NCBI GenBank assembly: GCA_951406725.2
Contig: OX597832.1
Coordinates: forward strand, 65,782,001 to 65,846,000
Length of the DNA: 64,000 bases
DNA from: Octopus vulgaris
Lineage: Eukaryota
Direction: 5' to 3'
Shown: positions 12,711 to 26,573 of the stretch, in pieces
How the letters are laid out: every line of letters begins with the position of its first letter
How positions within the stretch are numbered: the first letter of the stretch is position 1
Made by a program: the position numbers and the translations under genes
Notes under the pieces: model-generated
Seen by the model: the letters and a program-made list of their open reading frames with translations, nothing else
The model's database searches: none
What the model was told of the DNA's origin: nothing

Positions 12711-13461
12711 GTGTGTGCGTGTATGTGTGTTTGAGTGTGTGTAGTTGTGTGTATGTGTGTATGTGTGTGTATCACTTTGTATATTGATATATACTTACTT
12801 CAACTGATCAATTCATACATATGCATTTTAGTTTATCTAACAATCACTTTGATAACTATAGATTTTCGCAAACACTCACGTACACGCACACACTCACATA
12901 CACACACACGCCCGCACTCACATACACATACACACATACTTACATAAATACAAACTTACACACAAAACCATAGCCAGACAGACACACACCCTCATGCACC
13001 GCCCTTCACCACTGTCTGTGGAGCTATAAAATTAACCTTGTATACATGCCATGGCATCAAGTAATTAAATAGTTGAAAACATCGATCAATGAATTTTACG
13101 AGAGCTTGCCATTTTAACATGTTATTGACCCGGCAAATGTATGCTACTATTGTGCCGGCACTTTTATAGCACTATTGTCCCGGCAATTATCGTGAACTAC
13201 GCATAATGAAGTGAATGGCAAGGCATTTAGATGAAGTGCAGCTACTAATTGTTCCTGATTTACGAACAATAAAGTCTTTTAAACTAAGAACAAATCGAAT
13301 TTGTTTAGTGGAATAGTTATCGTCGGTTAAATCGACTAAACTATATTACTTGCACTTATCATAGATAGACATCCGGGTGGGGGCCAGGATATAGAATGAA
13401 AGCTTAAGTCAATTTTTCTTTGAAAGTTTTTAAACGTTCAGTTTTACTAAATCATTTATCT

Positions 13462-13476
13462 ATTATTATTAACATT

Positions 13477-13507
<31 letters not shown>

Positions 13508-13533
13508 TTATTATAATTATTATTATTATTATG

Positions 13534-13592
<59 letters not shown>

Positions 13593-13760
13593 CATTGTTG
13601 TTGTTGTTGTTGTTATTATTACTATTATTATTATTATTATTATTGTTGTTGTTGTTATTATTACTATTGTTATTATTATTATCATAATTGTTGTTGTTGT
13701 TATTATTACTATTATTATTATTAGTAGTAATAGTAGTAGTAGTATTATTATCATTATTAT
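13462..13760. repeat. Compound (ATT)n/(GTT)n/(AGT)n microsatellite
   Basis: Direct inspection. Confidence 0.97.
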
Positions 13761-14085
13761 AGACGTCGCACAGTATACAATATCGTGAGGTTGTTGATTG
13801 AAGATATTTTATCAACCGGGGCTTTGTACTGTTTTTCAAGTCACAACAAGGACCTCAGACAGTACTTTACACAAAATGCGTGCAGTTCCAAGTAATGCTA
13901 ACTTATACAATGCATCTAGATTGTAGAGTATCTCTAAGGTGTTCAGATGTCTTTTCAGCTTGGGTGGTATTGAACCCAATGCTCCGATGACAGTAGGGAT
14001 AACCTTTATGTTAGACTCTCGTAGCTGCCACATCTTAGTGATCTCAATTCTCAGGTCTCCATATTTATCATTTTTTTTTTTGCTT
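13760..14085 (-). mobile_element. 3' end of an R4/Dong-type RLE non-LTR retrotransposon inserted in (TAA)n
   Basis: KYGDLRIEITKMW...VIPTVIGALGSI...ALLGTARILCKVL matches the RLE C-terminus of the R4/Dong clade. (ATT)n tracts lie on both sides. Confidence 0.85.
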
Positions 14086-14092
14086 TCTTTCA

Positions 14093-14147
<55 letters not shown>

Positions 14148-14293
14148 GTTGGCGAATTGGCAGAATCGTTTGTCTTCCACACTTTCGGGATCGATAAATT
14201 AAGTACCAGTTGAGTATTGAGGTCATTGTGATCGATTATCCCTCTCCCTCAGAAATGTCAGGCCTTGTGTCTATAGTAGACCGGATGAGGTTG

Positions 14294-14364
<71 letters not shown>

Positions 14365-16119
14365 CCCTTCTGCCTAAACGTTTACCATTATTTCCGAAGT
14401 AAATCAGACAACAAGGTTGCGGAGAATCTTGGACTGTAATGTTGGGAGCAAAAACGCATTTTGAAATAATGGTTTCAAATTTTGGTCAAACGCCAGTAAT
14501 TTTAGGGAAGAGGAATAACCAGTTATATTGACTCCGGTGCTCAGACGTTATTTATGTTATCGAAACTGAAAAGCTGAAAGGCAAAGTTAACTACCGCAGT
14601 ATTTCAATGCAGAACGGCACAAATGTTGCTCGTAATTTTTATGCGAAGTGCTAACGATTCTAAAAGAAGTTCCGAGTAAGTCTGTTGTAGCTGTTGGAGA
14701 TATGAAATTGTTTTCTGAAACAAAAAATTATCAGGAAGATGACCAAAACTTTAAATATAAACAATAAACCTTCTACTGAAATACGTTTTCATGACACTTC
14801 AGCCCCCTACCAGAGATTTGATTCTGAAATACTAAAAACGCATAAGTTTTCTTTATTGGGCACATAAACGATTATTCTCTCTAAAGTTTGTAATAAGGGG
14901 CATTTCGTTGTTGTATTTATTATCTCTTGGTGGATCCTAATTCAAATTTCCGTGATAAATTGTCATTCGCAATCTGCCGCTGATTTTGTTTGTGAGATAA
15001 ATTTATATTGTATGACTATATTATTAAATATGTAATTCGTTTCTTTAATATGATAGGCTAAGAGTTTAAGAAACTGGCGATTGCTATTTTTAATACGAAA
15101 AACAATCTTATAGAAGCTGTTGTCTTGGATTACATCCTCGTTCCCTGGAGATAGAAATAATTCCCAAAGCTTAGTGTTCAGATTAAATAACAATTTGTGA
15201 TTCCCGGTTATTGTATGCTATGAGAGGCTACATATTATGATGTAAGAGATATGCAACAAAATGGGGTTACGGAGAGTATATAAACATCAGAATTTAATAT
15301 ATCGAAACTACAGCAGTATAAAAACACTTATAAGTAGAACAAACTCCGGATATTATTTATAAGATCCACGAATCAAACTTCAATGAGCTTAAATGTTAAT
15401 TTAGATTCGCAGAAATACCCAATTTAATTTCTCACGTACAATCCAAGAAGACAGGAACAGTGAAACATTCATAAAATTCCTGACTATTATGAATATTAAA
15501 GATCATCTCCCTATTCTGGACACATACGTTTACACATTGTCTGTATTATTTGGGAATAAATATATGTAAAAGTAATTGTATTTATTAGTTTGTGCTGCGG
15601 TAATAAAATGTTGCGAACGAGATGTTGTTTTAGAATTTCGAACTATGCTATTGATTGCTATTTTATGTTGTTATCTGCAACAAATGTAGAAAGAACACAA
15701 AATAAGTATTAGAAGTACACCTAAAAGGCGGACAACTGGCAGAATCACTAACTCGTAAGATAAAATGTTTAGCGGTTTCTTTTCTGGCTGATTGTTCTAA
15801 GTTCAAATCTCGTCGAGGTTACATTTTTTCTTATCCTTTTGTGGTCAATTAAATAAAGTGCTATTCAAAAACGGATGTTTACGTAATCGACTTATCACCT
15901 CCTTTCAAAAATTGCTGGTCACGAACCGTGTAACAGACCGACGTCCCATTAAGGAGAAATAATGTAATATTGAATCCGCGTAACCGGCCTTATGTGTTCT
16001 AAGGACTCGAGAAAAACAAATAAGGGAACTCGTCTATACTGAGGCACAATATATGAAAGACTAAAGCTACTCTCATTATTTACATTTGACGGATCTTTCT
16101 CCTCATTTTGTTTCTTTTT

Positions 16120-16165
16120 AACACAAGCTTTCGGCTGATATACTCTCCAGCCTTCTTCAGTTGTC
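16120..16165 (-). ncRNA. Minimal HHR in fold-back element (left arm)
   Basis: Minus strand: GACAA-CTGAAGA-A-GGCTG-gagagtatat-CAGCC-GAAA-GC-TT-GTGTT. A mutated counterpart is on + at 16419-16464. Confidence 0.65.
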
Positions 16166-16268
16166 CTGAGGAAATTTCGAACCTGGGTTCTCATTCCTAA
16201 GGTATTTTTTCGATGTTGCTGTTTTTGTTGTTGTTATTATTGTTATTATTATTTTGTTTATTAACAAA

Positions 16269-16337
<69 letters not shown>

Positions 16338-17639
16338 TATAATAATAACAACAACAACAAAAACAGCAACATCGAAAAATACCTTAGGAATAAGAACCCA
16401 GGTTCGAAATTTCCCCAGGACAACTGAACAAGTCTGGAGAGTATATTAGCCGAAACATTGTGTTAACAAGAAACAAGATGAGGACAAATACCGTAAAATG
16501 TGAATGATGTAAATAATGTGCAAATATTGAACTGTAAAGCGACACTCGTTTAGAAAAATCACTTTATCTGATTCTGCTTTCTAACTGGTAGATACAAACA
16601 ATTCGAGTCAAAATTGTTTTCATAAAGTGTCCCAAAATACTTATAGTTTGAACTCCAAAATACATAAATGCTTTGTTAATTGAAATATTATTGGTCGATT
16701 TCAGAAGAAAATACTGATTGCCTTGAATTACAATAGTAAACACGTCTCCCATTTATAAATAACGTAATAGTCCTATAACTAAAGATTTCTAAATTAGTCG
16801 TAACCTTACGAAATCGATGGTAAAATATTACAGTCATTTTAATCCTTCCTAACATTTCGTTTTGGCGGTATTAGAACATATTACCTAATGGTCTGTAACT
16901 GAATACTGTCATTTAACTGATTCTAGCATTTTCTTCCCCCATATTTCTAATCATATAATAACCAAAACTGAGATAACTATTAAAGGAGGATATCTAACCA
17001 AGTTTTTAATGCTGGAATATTTTATAAGTTTGAGCATAATGGGATCTTCTATATTTATATCCGTGTTGTATGTTACATAAGCGTAAAAATAATGAAATGT
17101 GTACAGGAAGTGATTAATGAGCAGTTGTAAAATTTATGCCATTTGCTAACCATTAGCAGCATTGCAAAGTTATACCTCGATGGTCTGCAGACTAAGTAGC
17201 AACCTAGCGTTTAATATTATACATGCATGTATGAGTGTGTGTATCAGTTTGTATCAATGGGTATATTTATACAAAGTGAGAGATTGAGAGAGGACGTGGG
17301 AGAGAAAAATGAGTGATGCAAACACACACACACACACACATATATATATATGCAAGTATTAATGCGTGTACACACACACACACACAAACACACACGCATA
17401 TACGTATACATATATTATGTATATACACATATATGTATACACGCATTCAGGCATATACACGTATATGCATCTCTTACAGATGAGGAGCGTTTGCATTCAT
17501 CGTTTAGATGCCTTTTACACTTATTAACAAAGTAATTGAAATGACGGTTTGTTATTTGAAATCACTGCAAAATATAATTGATCCTCAAAAATTCAATTAT
17601 ATAGGAAGTTGAAATATACGTAACAATAAAACATGGTAC

Positions 17640-18000
17640 ACATTTCTAGGACGGTCGGTTTTGTTGCTATAATTAGACACAACCTACGCCATGTTTTCCA
17701 GAACGTTGCCACAGTGATAGGCTTATATACATCAGCATCTACCTCTGTAACATGTTACTTCTTCCAATCCTGCCACTGTGAGTATGGTGACGTTTACATT
17801 GTAAAGATGGTTCGCGATGTGGCAACGCGCATGCACTACTAACATTCTTTCTACTTCTTTCATCATCTGTATTGTGTGTTAGTCTACCACACAGCTCTTT
17901 CTCTCAAAAATCATAACCGTATGTAATTCCCTCTGAACTCATGTCGCGATACCATTCTGTCCACTTGCATAGGCATATTATACTTAGCTGTCCATCATCA
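17640..18000 (-). mobile_element. Possible highly decayed RTE-type LINE 3' fragment
   Basis: Less AT-skewed, coding-like composition with weak similarity to RTE C-terminal motifs. Not confidently alignable. Confidence 0.25.
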
Positions 18001-19195
18001 ACAAAAATCACCCCATGTAAATAATAGAGCCGCTATATTTTGAGATATTTATATATTACTGGTTTTAGCTGATAGCTGGTCAAAATATTACAGTCGTTTC
18101 GCACACTCTACTGCACTAGACAATATTGAATACTCCTCGCCAATAGGGTCAAGGATCAGGTAGTTTTCGGGCAGAATTTCGACTAATTGTCAATACTATC
18201 AAATCAACTATAACATTTTGACCAGTTATGTGCCATGACATATAAATATCAAATATTATAACTATGACAAATCATAACTATAACATTTTTATCCGTACGA
18301 CTGCATGACGCGTTGATGATGAATGATCGGAATAAGTAATGCTTTCATTCATTGAAATATTGGTTTATACTTTGAAATATGAAATGAAACTTTGAAGGAG
18401 TCGCTTATTCTTATGTCCTTTGGTTTAAAAGCCTTTGTGAACGGCATCTGCGGTAATGGATGTTTCAGGTTCACGCTTTTTATTTCATAGATTTTCATAT
18501 TTCTGGTTGTGTGTCTATATTTCTGTATGTGAGTATATGTGTATAAGCATATATGTATACGCATACATGAATGTATACATGTATAGATAAATGTATAATT
18601 CCGTGCATATATATATGTTCATGCGAGTACATATGTGAATATGTATGCGTTTGCACGGGTTTTAGCAAAAGGAAATCGCGCATATAAACTCATTCTTTAA
18701 AGACAGGAATTAATAGTATTAATTACAAAAGTTTACTTAAAAGTATTATTTTGGGACATTCATTAAGCAGCAACGCTATTTCGCGTCTTCGATCGTATGG
18801 TATTTATGAAGGTTATAATAATATTATAACGAAATACAGAAATTAAATATTAATGTCTTTTAGAGACACCACACTTCGTTATGCTCGCATAATATGCTAC
18901 AAAGTGTATTAAACGATTTTATAAGTCAATACTACTGTGCTCTAGTTTGTAGTATAATATGAAACGTCTAAATAAAAATCCGTGTCGGTTATGAATTCAA
19001 TAGAAAGTCTGTAGACATAAACTTAAAAAGGAATGAAATAAAAATGGTGAGCTAGTATCAATAATTTTTGTACGTTTCGTTCAAAAGAGAACCAGGCTCG
19101 ATGCACCATCTGATACTTGGAAACGAGCAATTCTCAGTACTGGAAATCGGAGCATTCAGTTAAAATACATACATACATATATACATACATACATG

Positions 19196-19430
19196 AAGGG
19201 CGGCGAGCTGGCAGAAACGTTAGCGCGCCGGGCGAAATGCTTAGCGGTATTTCGTCTACCGTTACGTTCTGAGTTCAAATTCCGCCGAGGTCGACTTTGC
19301 CTTTCATCATTTCGAGGTCGATAAATTAAGTACCAGTTACGCACTGGGGTCGATATAATCGACTTAATCCACTTGTCTGTCCTTGTTTGTCCCCTCTTTG
19401 TTTAGCCCCTTGTGGGTAGTAAAGAAATAT
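19196..19430 (+). mobile_element. Full-length tRNA-derived SINE, family 2
   Basis: GGCGGCGAGCTGGCAGAAACGTTAG (A box), GAGTTCAAATTCC (B box), central GCCTTTCATCATTTCGAGGTCGATAAATTAAGTACCAG. Other copies at ~2739-2980(+), 9640-9840(-), 14147-14285(+), 14470-14665(-), 15724-15925(+), 20690-20890(-), 46595-46810(-), 63203-63335(+). Confidence 0.85.
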
Positions 19431-19627
19431 ATATACATACATACAAACACACAAATATATATATTCCCTACCAAGAATTCACAACGACCTCGAACCCACA
19501 AGTGTAAACAAGTGAGACAGAGAAAGGCAGAAACAAGGAAAATGCCACTTATATTTGAACACTATACAAATATTCTTTTAAAAAAACTTTTCTCTTAATT
19601 TTTCTAAATTTAATTATTTAATCGTTA

Positions 19628-19665
19628 CAGTTGAAAAGGTCTCAAAATGACTGAAACCGGTGCTG
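19628..19665 (+). ncRNA. HHR variant (U3-A8), cleavage triplet mutated to GTG
   Basis: CAG-TTGAAAA-GGTC-tcaaaat-GACT-GAAAC-CG-GTG-CTG. Confidence 0.5.
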
Positions 19666-19802
19666 AAATGTTCTTTATAAAATTATTTTAGCATTTTCTA
19701 TCTTGACTTGTTTTTTCATATATATATACATATATACATACTTATATTCATACATATGTATATATACATAGATACAAATATGCATACATACACACACACA
19801 TT

Positions 19803-19846
<44 letters not shown>

Positions 19847-20192
19847 TATACTTTTTTTGCTGTAGTTTCAGATGATAGCTGCGGCCATGCTGATGCACCA
19901 CCGTTTATATATATATATACACGATTCTGTGCTTATTAAGGACATAATTGGATTCATGTTAAGAAAATACCTTATCTTTACAATTTTTCGAGTCTTTCAC
20001 ATGGAGGAACCGATGTTCGGTTTCATTTTCGACTAAAACAGGAATAAAGAAACTTTATCCACTAATGCGGTGTAGAGCTCTCATTCTCACTGTTCAACTT
20101 TTAGGCACATATCGGAATAATGAAGCAAAGCAGTGTTTACGTATACTCACGTTTTATTATTTACAATTTTTACTATTTTACTATATTGAAAT

Positions 20193-20230
20193 AAACTAGT
20201 GCTTTCATGCGTTACGCAATCGTCAGGTTT
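20193..20230 (-). ncRNA. Minimal type I HHR in fold-back element (left arm)
   Basis: Minus strand: AAAC-CTGACGA-T-TGCG-TAA-CGCA-T-GAAA-GCAC-TA-GTTT. Counterpart on + at 20278-20315 (CTGAAGA...GAAAGTACTA). Confidence 0.7.
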
Positions 20231-21756
20231 ATGTAATGACAATCGTGTTCTATACCTGAGCACGACTGCTACTACATGAACCTGAAGATTGTGTAACGCC
20301 CGAAAGTACTAATATATTTCAATATTGAACAAATTTTTAAATTGTAAATTATAAAACGTGAATATCAGATTAAATTGGAATTCCATTTATTCATATATTC
20401 CTCTATACACAATCATAGAAACTTGGGTATATATATATATGTGTGTGTGTGTGTGTGAATGTGCGTGTGCGTGTGTGTGTATGTATGTATATATAATTAT
20501 TTATGTATATCTGTGCATTTGTGATGCTGTTTTTATAATATATTAACTATATGTTATTGTGTCGATTTAGAGGGCTTCACCCAGAGAATACTTTCCACAA
20601 GGCGAAATTATTTTGTGGGAAGAGTGCTAATCGAGTGAACCTTCTCTAGGGCTCAAATATAAAGCTAGTAACAGTATAACTTCAAATTTTCTTTCTGCCA
20701 CAAGGCCAGAAATACCCGGAGAGTGGGTAAGTCGAATACATGAACCCAAACACTCAAATACTACTTAATTTATCGACCCCGAAATGATGAAAGCAAAGTC
20801 AATATCGGTGAAATTTGAACTCATAACGTGCACTCGGACGAAGCATTTTGGCTGGCTTGCTAACGATTCTTGCCAGCTCACCGCCTTGAATCCGGTAATA
20901 ATAATTTAAATAATTCGTAATGTAGTATGAAACAAGAATTTTATCATAGAATATTGTAGTTGACACACTTGTTTCAGTCGACTCCAGAGAGAAGGAAAGC
21001 GAAGTTAAACTTAGTGATGGAAAAAGAAATCTCTTCAGTATTAACATACGTGACACTGTTCAGAAATCAAATCTGTCAGTGAGGTAGATCTACTCCACCT
21101 TACTACCTTCAGGAGGATCGGTGAAACTCAACAGTAATCAGGCTAACTTGAATTAGATTCTTGTACATGATGGGAGGTTACTAATTGAAAGATTAAAAGA
21201 TTAAAATCATATCACTGATCATTTATTTTATAGACCATGAAAGCATAATACCTGGAATATAAAAGCGTACAGAGATATCCATTTTATCCAACACACAGTT
21301 TCCTGACAGAAAGACCAGATAGAAATCTAAGGACTGGCAACAGGCAATTACGTCGACAGCCTTTCGTGTATAGCACATTATTTTATCGATCAGCGAAGGA
21401 AAGGCGGCAAAATTGAATACATAGGGATTGGAACTCATAACACCACGCGTCTAACGAAATGAAACATAATATTTTGCTTACCGTTCTAATGCTGCCGACA
21501 ACACATGAAGAAATAAAATTACAATAATGGTAACAGAGGAACAATCAGTAGGCAATTCAAATAGGACCTTGTAAGAAGAGAAATATATGAAAAGAAAATC
21601 ATAAAAGGGTTACAAGTTTCCGTATATAGAATATAAAAATGATTTCTTCTACTCCAAGATTTCAGGATTTTAATAATAGATGTAAAGATATTTTTTAGCT
21701 TTTTATATTTTTTTTTAGATTTGATATAATATAATATATATATGTATGTATGTATG

Positions 21757-21839
<83 letters not shown>

Positions 21840-22174
21840 ATATTTATGTATGTATGCGTGTGTGTGTGTTGGTTGAATTTTACTTGCTCTCTGTTTAAAG
21901 ACTGCGCGTTTCTAAAATATACGTAGATATACGTTTATATATATATACACTCTATTATTCATATATCAATATTCTCTCTTCCCATCGTGTATTTACATTT
22001 TTCACGCCATTTTACTTCTATAATACTCCTATATATTTATCTAAAGTATACATCCTGTCTGCTATTAAGTTTTTCACTCCAATCTGTTTTGAACACGCGA
22101 ACGTATACTAAATGGATTATTGATTGTAGAACATGCCAATATATATGTATATATGCATATATATACATAAATAG

Positions 22175-22236
<62 letters not shown>

Positions 22237-22368
22237 TTGTATATATGTATATATTTCCTTATATGCATACACACATATATATATACATCGAAATATCTCG
22301 TTTGTCTCTTACTGGTTTCAGTGATTTGACTGACGCCATGCTGGGGCACCGCACTGATCTCCCCCCTT

Positions 22369-22429
<61 letters not shown>

Positions 22430-22467
22430 GAATATATATATATATGTGTGTGTGTGAGTGTGCGTTT

Positions 22468-22516
<49 letters not shown>

Positions 22517-24940
22517 TATACATGCATACATATATTTAATGTTTGTGTTTGTAGATATGCCTATATGCTGTTTAAATAATTTTGCTGTTGCTGTTGGCAT
22601 TTGTCTTGCAGCTGTTTATATATATTTTCGTATGTTATAATTATTTTTTTATTTCAAAAGTGTCGATTTACAGATCTTCACACAGTAAATACTTTCTACC
22701 AGGATTATATTTTAATACGCATTTTATTAATCTTTCCTTACACAGAAACGCATCAGAAAGAAACTTAATTCAGTTTAAGCCTTTAGAAAATATGTTCTTG
22801 TAAAGGAATGCATTCCTACCAATCTTTTCAAGAGATGCAGATAATGGTTCAACCAAAATATAAGAATGAATGAAAGAATAAAAGCAAAACAAAAAACAAA
22901 CAAAAAAAAAACAGAATAAGAACATTCTCTCCACTTAAGGTTTTAAAAGCTCCTATAACATTTCGGGAAAAATTCACATGTTCAAATATAAGAAAGTAAT
23001 CATATATAACGGAGAAATGTGTTTTTCTTGATCAGTAGTTCGTATAGGTGCGCCATGATGTAAGTATTATCTAAATTCTTGCATTAGTGCATGTAATTGT
23101 TAAGTTATTTAGTGTGAGCAACATGAGTGGTTGTAGTAAGGGAACCTGACCTGTAGTTGAGAAGATGGCTTGAGTATTTCGTACGGGTGAGTAAAATGGT
23201 GGCTGATAACATCATTGAACCTTTCTGTTTTCGGTTCCCTGCCATCCATTTTCGGTTCCCTTTTAATATAGCAACTGAAACAGTGCGTGAACTTTCGCAC
23301 CACAACGGTTGTTAGCAGTGAATGTTTATTACGTTTCTTCAAATCATTGAAAGACATTTGCGAAAGGAAGCCAAATGTGACAATTAACGAAGGAAACTTG
23401 TAAGAGTAACATTCAAAATTCCTGAACCGCAGCGAAATTTCTACGACATTAAAGAAACAACTGGAGCAGAACGTAATTCTTTAGACATTGTTCAACTCCA
23501 GATAATGAAGCATCGTAGAAAAGGTGCGTGGTAAAATAGTGGGTTTTCTTTCATAAGGCTTTTATGGAATTAAGCAGAAATTGGTGGGGCAGCACCTCTG
23601 GTTCCCATAAACAAAAGCAGCTAGAGCGAGCTTTGCCGATGTATAACACCAACATTTGCTCTCTTGGAATATGGCCCAGTCATATAAAGAGCTTTTCCAT
23701 GACTTTTATGATAGCCAATGAAAACCGGAAGATACATCACGGGTGACAAATGTCTGCTGCTGTTTACACTCGGAAAAGATCAAACGAATGGACAGCCAGT
23801 GCATACGAAAGTTATACTAAATATATGACTAGATCGAGCTGTATGGGCCTCCACGCTTTGAAACATCTCGTATATAACTAGGATATTTAGAAATTCTACC
23901 TCAGTGATTATTAGACTCATCGGTCTGGTTGTTTATGTCAAAACGTTCAGTAGCCCAGTGTAGAGAAAGTATGACGGCCTCCATTTAGAAGAAAAAATAA
24001 ATGAAAAGGAATGTCTGGAAGACAGCGAGAGAAAACTTAACAGAAAATGAATACGGGAAGAGTAAGGCAAAGAACATTGCGCTCATAGCGTTGTTACCAC
24101 AATAACATCCCTGGTAGAAGACAGAGAGGTGAAGCAAATGATAGAATGCATAGTTCTTTACCACTATATATATATTTTGTATGATATATTTATGTTGTAG
24201 TTATGGAAAATTGTAGTAGCCCTACCTCAAAATATTATTATTATTATTGTTTTTGCTGTTGTTGTTGTTGTTGTTGTTGTCACTGTTGTTGCTTTTGTTG
24301 GTGGTGGTGTTGTTTTGGTTATTGTTGTATATTGAAATAAACGGACAAAGCTGCATTTTATTTTGGAGCAACATTTTTCTTCCTGTTTTGCTAACAGAAT
24401 GCTTCCATTTTTTTGAAAATCACTTATTCGCTTGAGTAAAAATAAAGGGCTACCTTGTGACAAATTTTTCTAGATACATTTTTACTGGCAAAGAGCCATT
24501 TGTGATATTTACAGACATTGGAATATGGCTTCCTAAAGTAGTAGGAACACGTATTCGCCTTAGTGCTCCTGGCAGTTGCTTATATAACATTAATAAATAT
24601 GACCCTAAATTATGACCGATAAATTAAAAAGAGCTAGCTGCAGGGTTATGCAATCATTTGTATATCTGAATGTACAGAAAATAGGTAAAAACTTCGAAAT
24701 ATAAGCAGTAAAAATAATCTTTCTAACTAACGACAGTAAGGGCAATAATCCGTTTTGAACATTTTGTTATTCAAAAGTAACACAGAGGAACAATTTTGAA
24801 CATAATTTCTGTTGAGTTTGAATTTTTCCTTTAGTTTAGACTAAAATTACCAAGCAGAGTTCAAAACTAGTTTTCTTCTATCACGCCAAGTTCTTTTCTA
24901 AAGCGTACTCTCTCAATAAGTGCACATTTGTATTTTTTGT

Positions 24941-25715
24941 CACTAAATAATAGGAATGGTCAGCTGCTTTTATTGAAATCACCGAGTAATATTTTCCAAA
25001 CGACTCTTAGTCGTCTAACTTTTATCAATTAGTTTTATCTAATTTGATGGTGCTAAGTTCAGAAATGCCTTCAGTCAATTTCTATCATTTGTGGATAGAT
25101 ATTTCTCTGAAAATGGAGTTTCATCAACTCAGGGAATGACATTTCTCTTTTAGATTTGCGTAAAGAACATTCATGAACGACAATCTCTTTGCAGAGAGAA
25201 GCAATAGTCATCCATCATAGTTGCATTCCATTGCGTTGATTCTTAGTCTCCGCGGGCCGTATGTCTTAGTGGAAGCTTTCATCTTGCTCATCACATAATG
25301 TCGTATGATTTTCAGGGAAGTAATCTAGATGACTGTAAGAAATGCACTTTTACACTCATACTGCAGCTCAGTGCTTCAGAATCCTTTAATTTGATGCCTT
25401 CTTTTCCTCCACAAAATCAAACACAACTACTGCAAAAGTATTTTATGCCCTCCTTTTCCACACAAGACATGGACGACAAAAACTGCTCTCTCCTGCAGTA
25501 GTCACCTAATCTGTGGTCACTTCAAGCACAATAACCTTAATTTTCTCACAGAACAAAGCTGCAAAATTTCTACTTAGGAATCTGAAAGAATCACTGTCTT
25601 AATGTTTCCAAACATGTTTTACACAACATATCTGATACTTAGGCTTTGTCTTGGTCACCCACCTTCATGCCTAAGTACGTTAGGTAAGCCTTCTTCAAAA
25701 ATCTGATTTTCGCCG
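24941..25715 (-). mobile_element. CMC/Chapaev-3-type DNA transposon remnant with internally deleted transposase pseudogene
   Basis: My manual minus-strand translation gives KKAYLTYLGMKGGDQDK..LCKTCLETLRQ, then MSVKVHFL/SHLDYFPEN....DEQDESFH*DI..../WNATMMDDYCFSLQRD. This matches the Chapaev-3 consensus MSxKxHFLHSHLDxFPENLG..SDEQGERFHQDI...WxxxMMADYCW. A possible CAC-starting end lies near 24941. Confidence 0.8.
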
Positions 25716-25725
25716 CTGCCTATGT

Positions 25726-25768
25726 ACGAGGGTGAGTAAAAAAGTAATGCCATTTTGTTTAGGACAGG
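25726..25768 (+). mobile_element. Solo Tc1/mariner-type terminal inverted repeat
   Basis: TA-CGAGGGTGAGTAAAAAAGTAATGCC resembles mariner TIRs (TA target plus CGAGGG). No partner end seen. Confidence 0.5.
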
Positions 25769-26109
25769 TATGATTATTCATCTATCATCCCTTCCTCTCT
25801 GTTTGCCACTACTTTGTTTCATCTTTCTCATTGTTATTACTTTCTCTCATTCCTTCTCTGTCACTGCTATTACTCTGAATACTTCTCCTTCACCGTATTA
25901 GTATTTCATGTCTTCTCCCTTCACATCTCACTCAATATATATACATATATGCTTGGATCATTTTACCGTTTGAAAGCGATCAGGTTCATATTTAGTATTC
26001 TCGTTTGTGTGAACAGTCGATTTTCCCTCAGATATTCTCATTTTAAAAATCATCTCCGGTCAATCATTGTTATTGCGTTGGCGGAGGTTTGCACTCTGTG
26101 AGTGCTCTT

Positions 26110-26451
26110 CTTATTAATATTAAGTTGACTCAGGTTCAGTTTTATTCCTGGCAGGATTTATGTAGGTAGCAAGTTACTACCTGTAATTTTTGTTATCCAC
26201 TAGTTTTCAATAGCATTTGAAGTGTTTATATGCCACCTTATCTTCCCTGTCCCTTAGAAGCAAACTTTCTATAGAAGCTCTAAAAGAGAATGTATTCCCA
26301 TCTCCTTCAAACATTTGTCTATATCTTTGCTTACACTTCCCAATGAACCAATAACTATAGGCACGAATTTTACACTTTTCATATTCCAAATTCTTGCTAT
26401 TTCAAATTTTAAGGGAGTGAATATTTTTTCGTCTTCTTTCTTTACGTTCAT
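26110..26451 (-). mobile_element. Second R4/Dong-type RLE LINE 3' fragment
   Basis: PLKFEIARIWNMKSVKFVPIVIGSLGSV... followed by a decayed LLGT-like motif. Confidence 0.75.
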
Positions 26452-26530
26452 GGAATGAAACGGACATAATGGATCAGTTAGTAATTTCGCTTTTCATCGG
26501 CTAGCGATGTTATGCTTGTTTTATAATTTC

Positions 26531-26573
<43 letters not shown>

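Noticed and set aside
13420-13839. Poly-Ile and poly-Asn ORFs
   Set aside because: Translations of (ATT)n/(AAT)n microsatellite.
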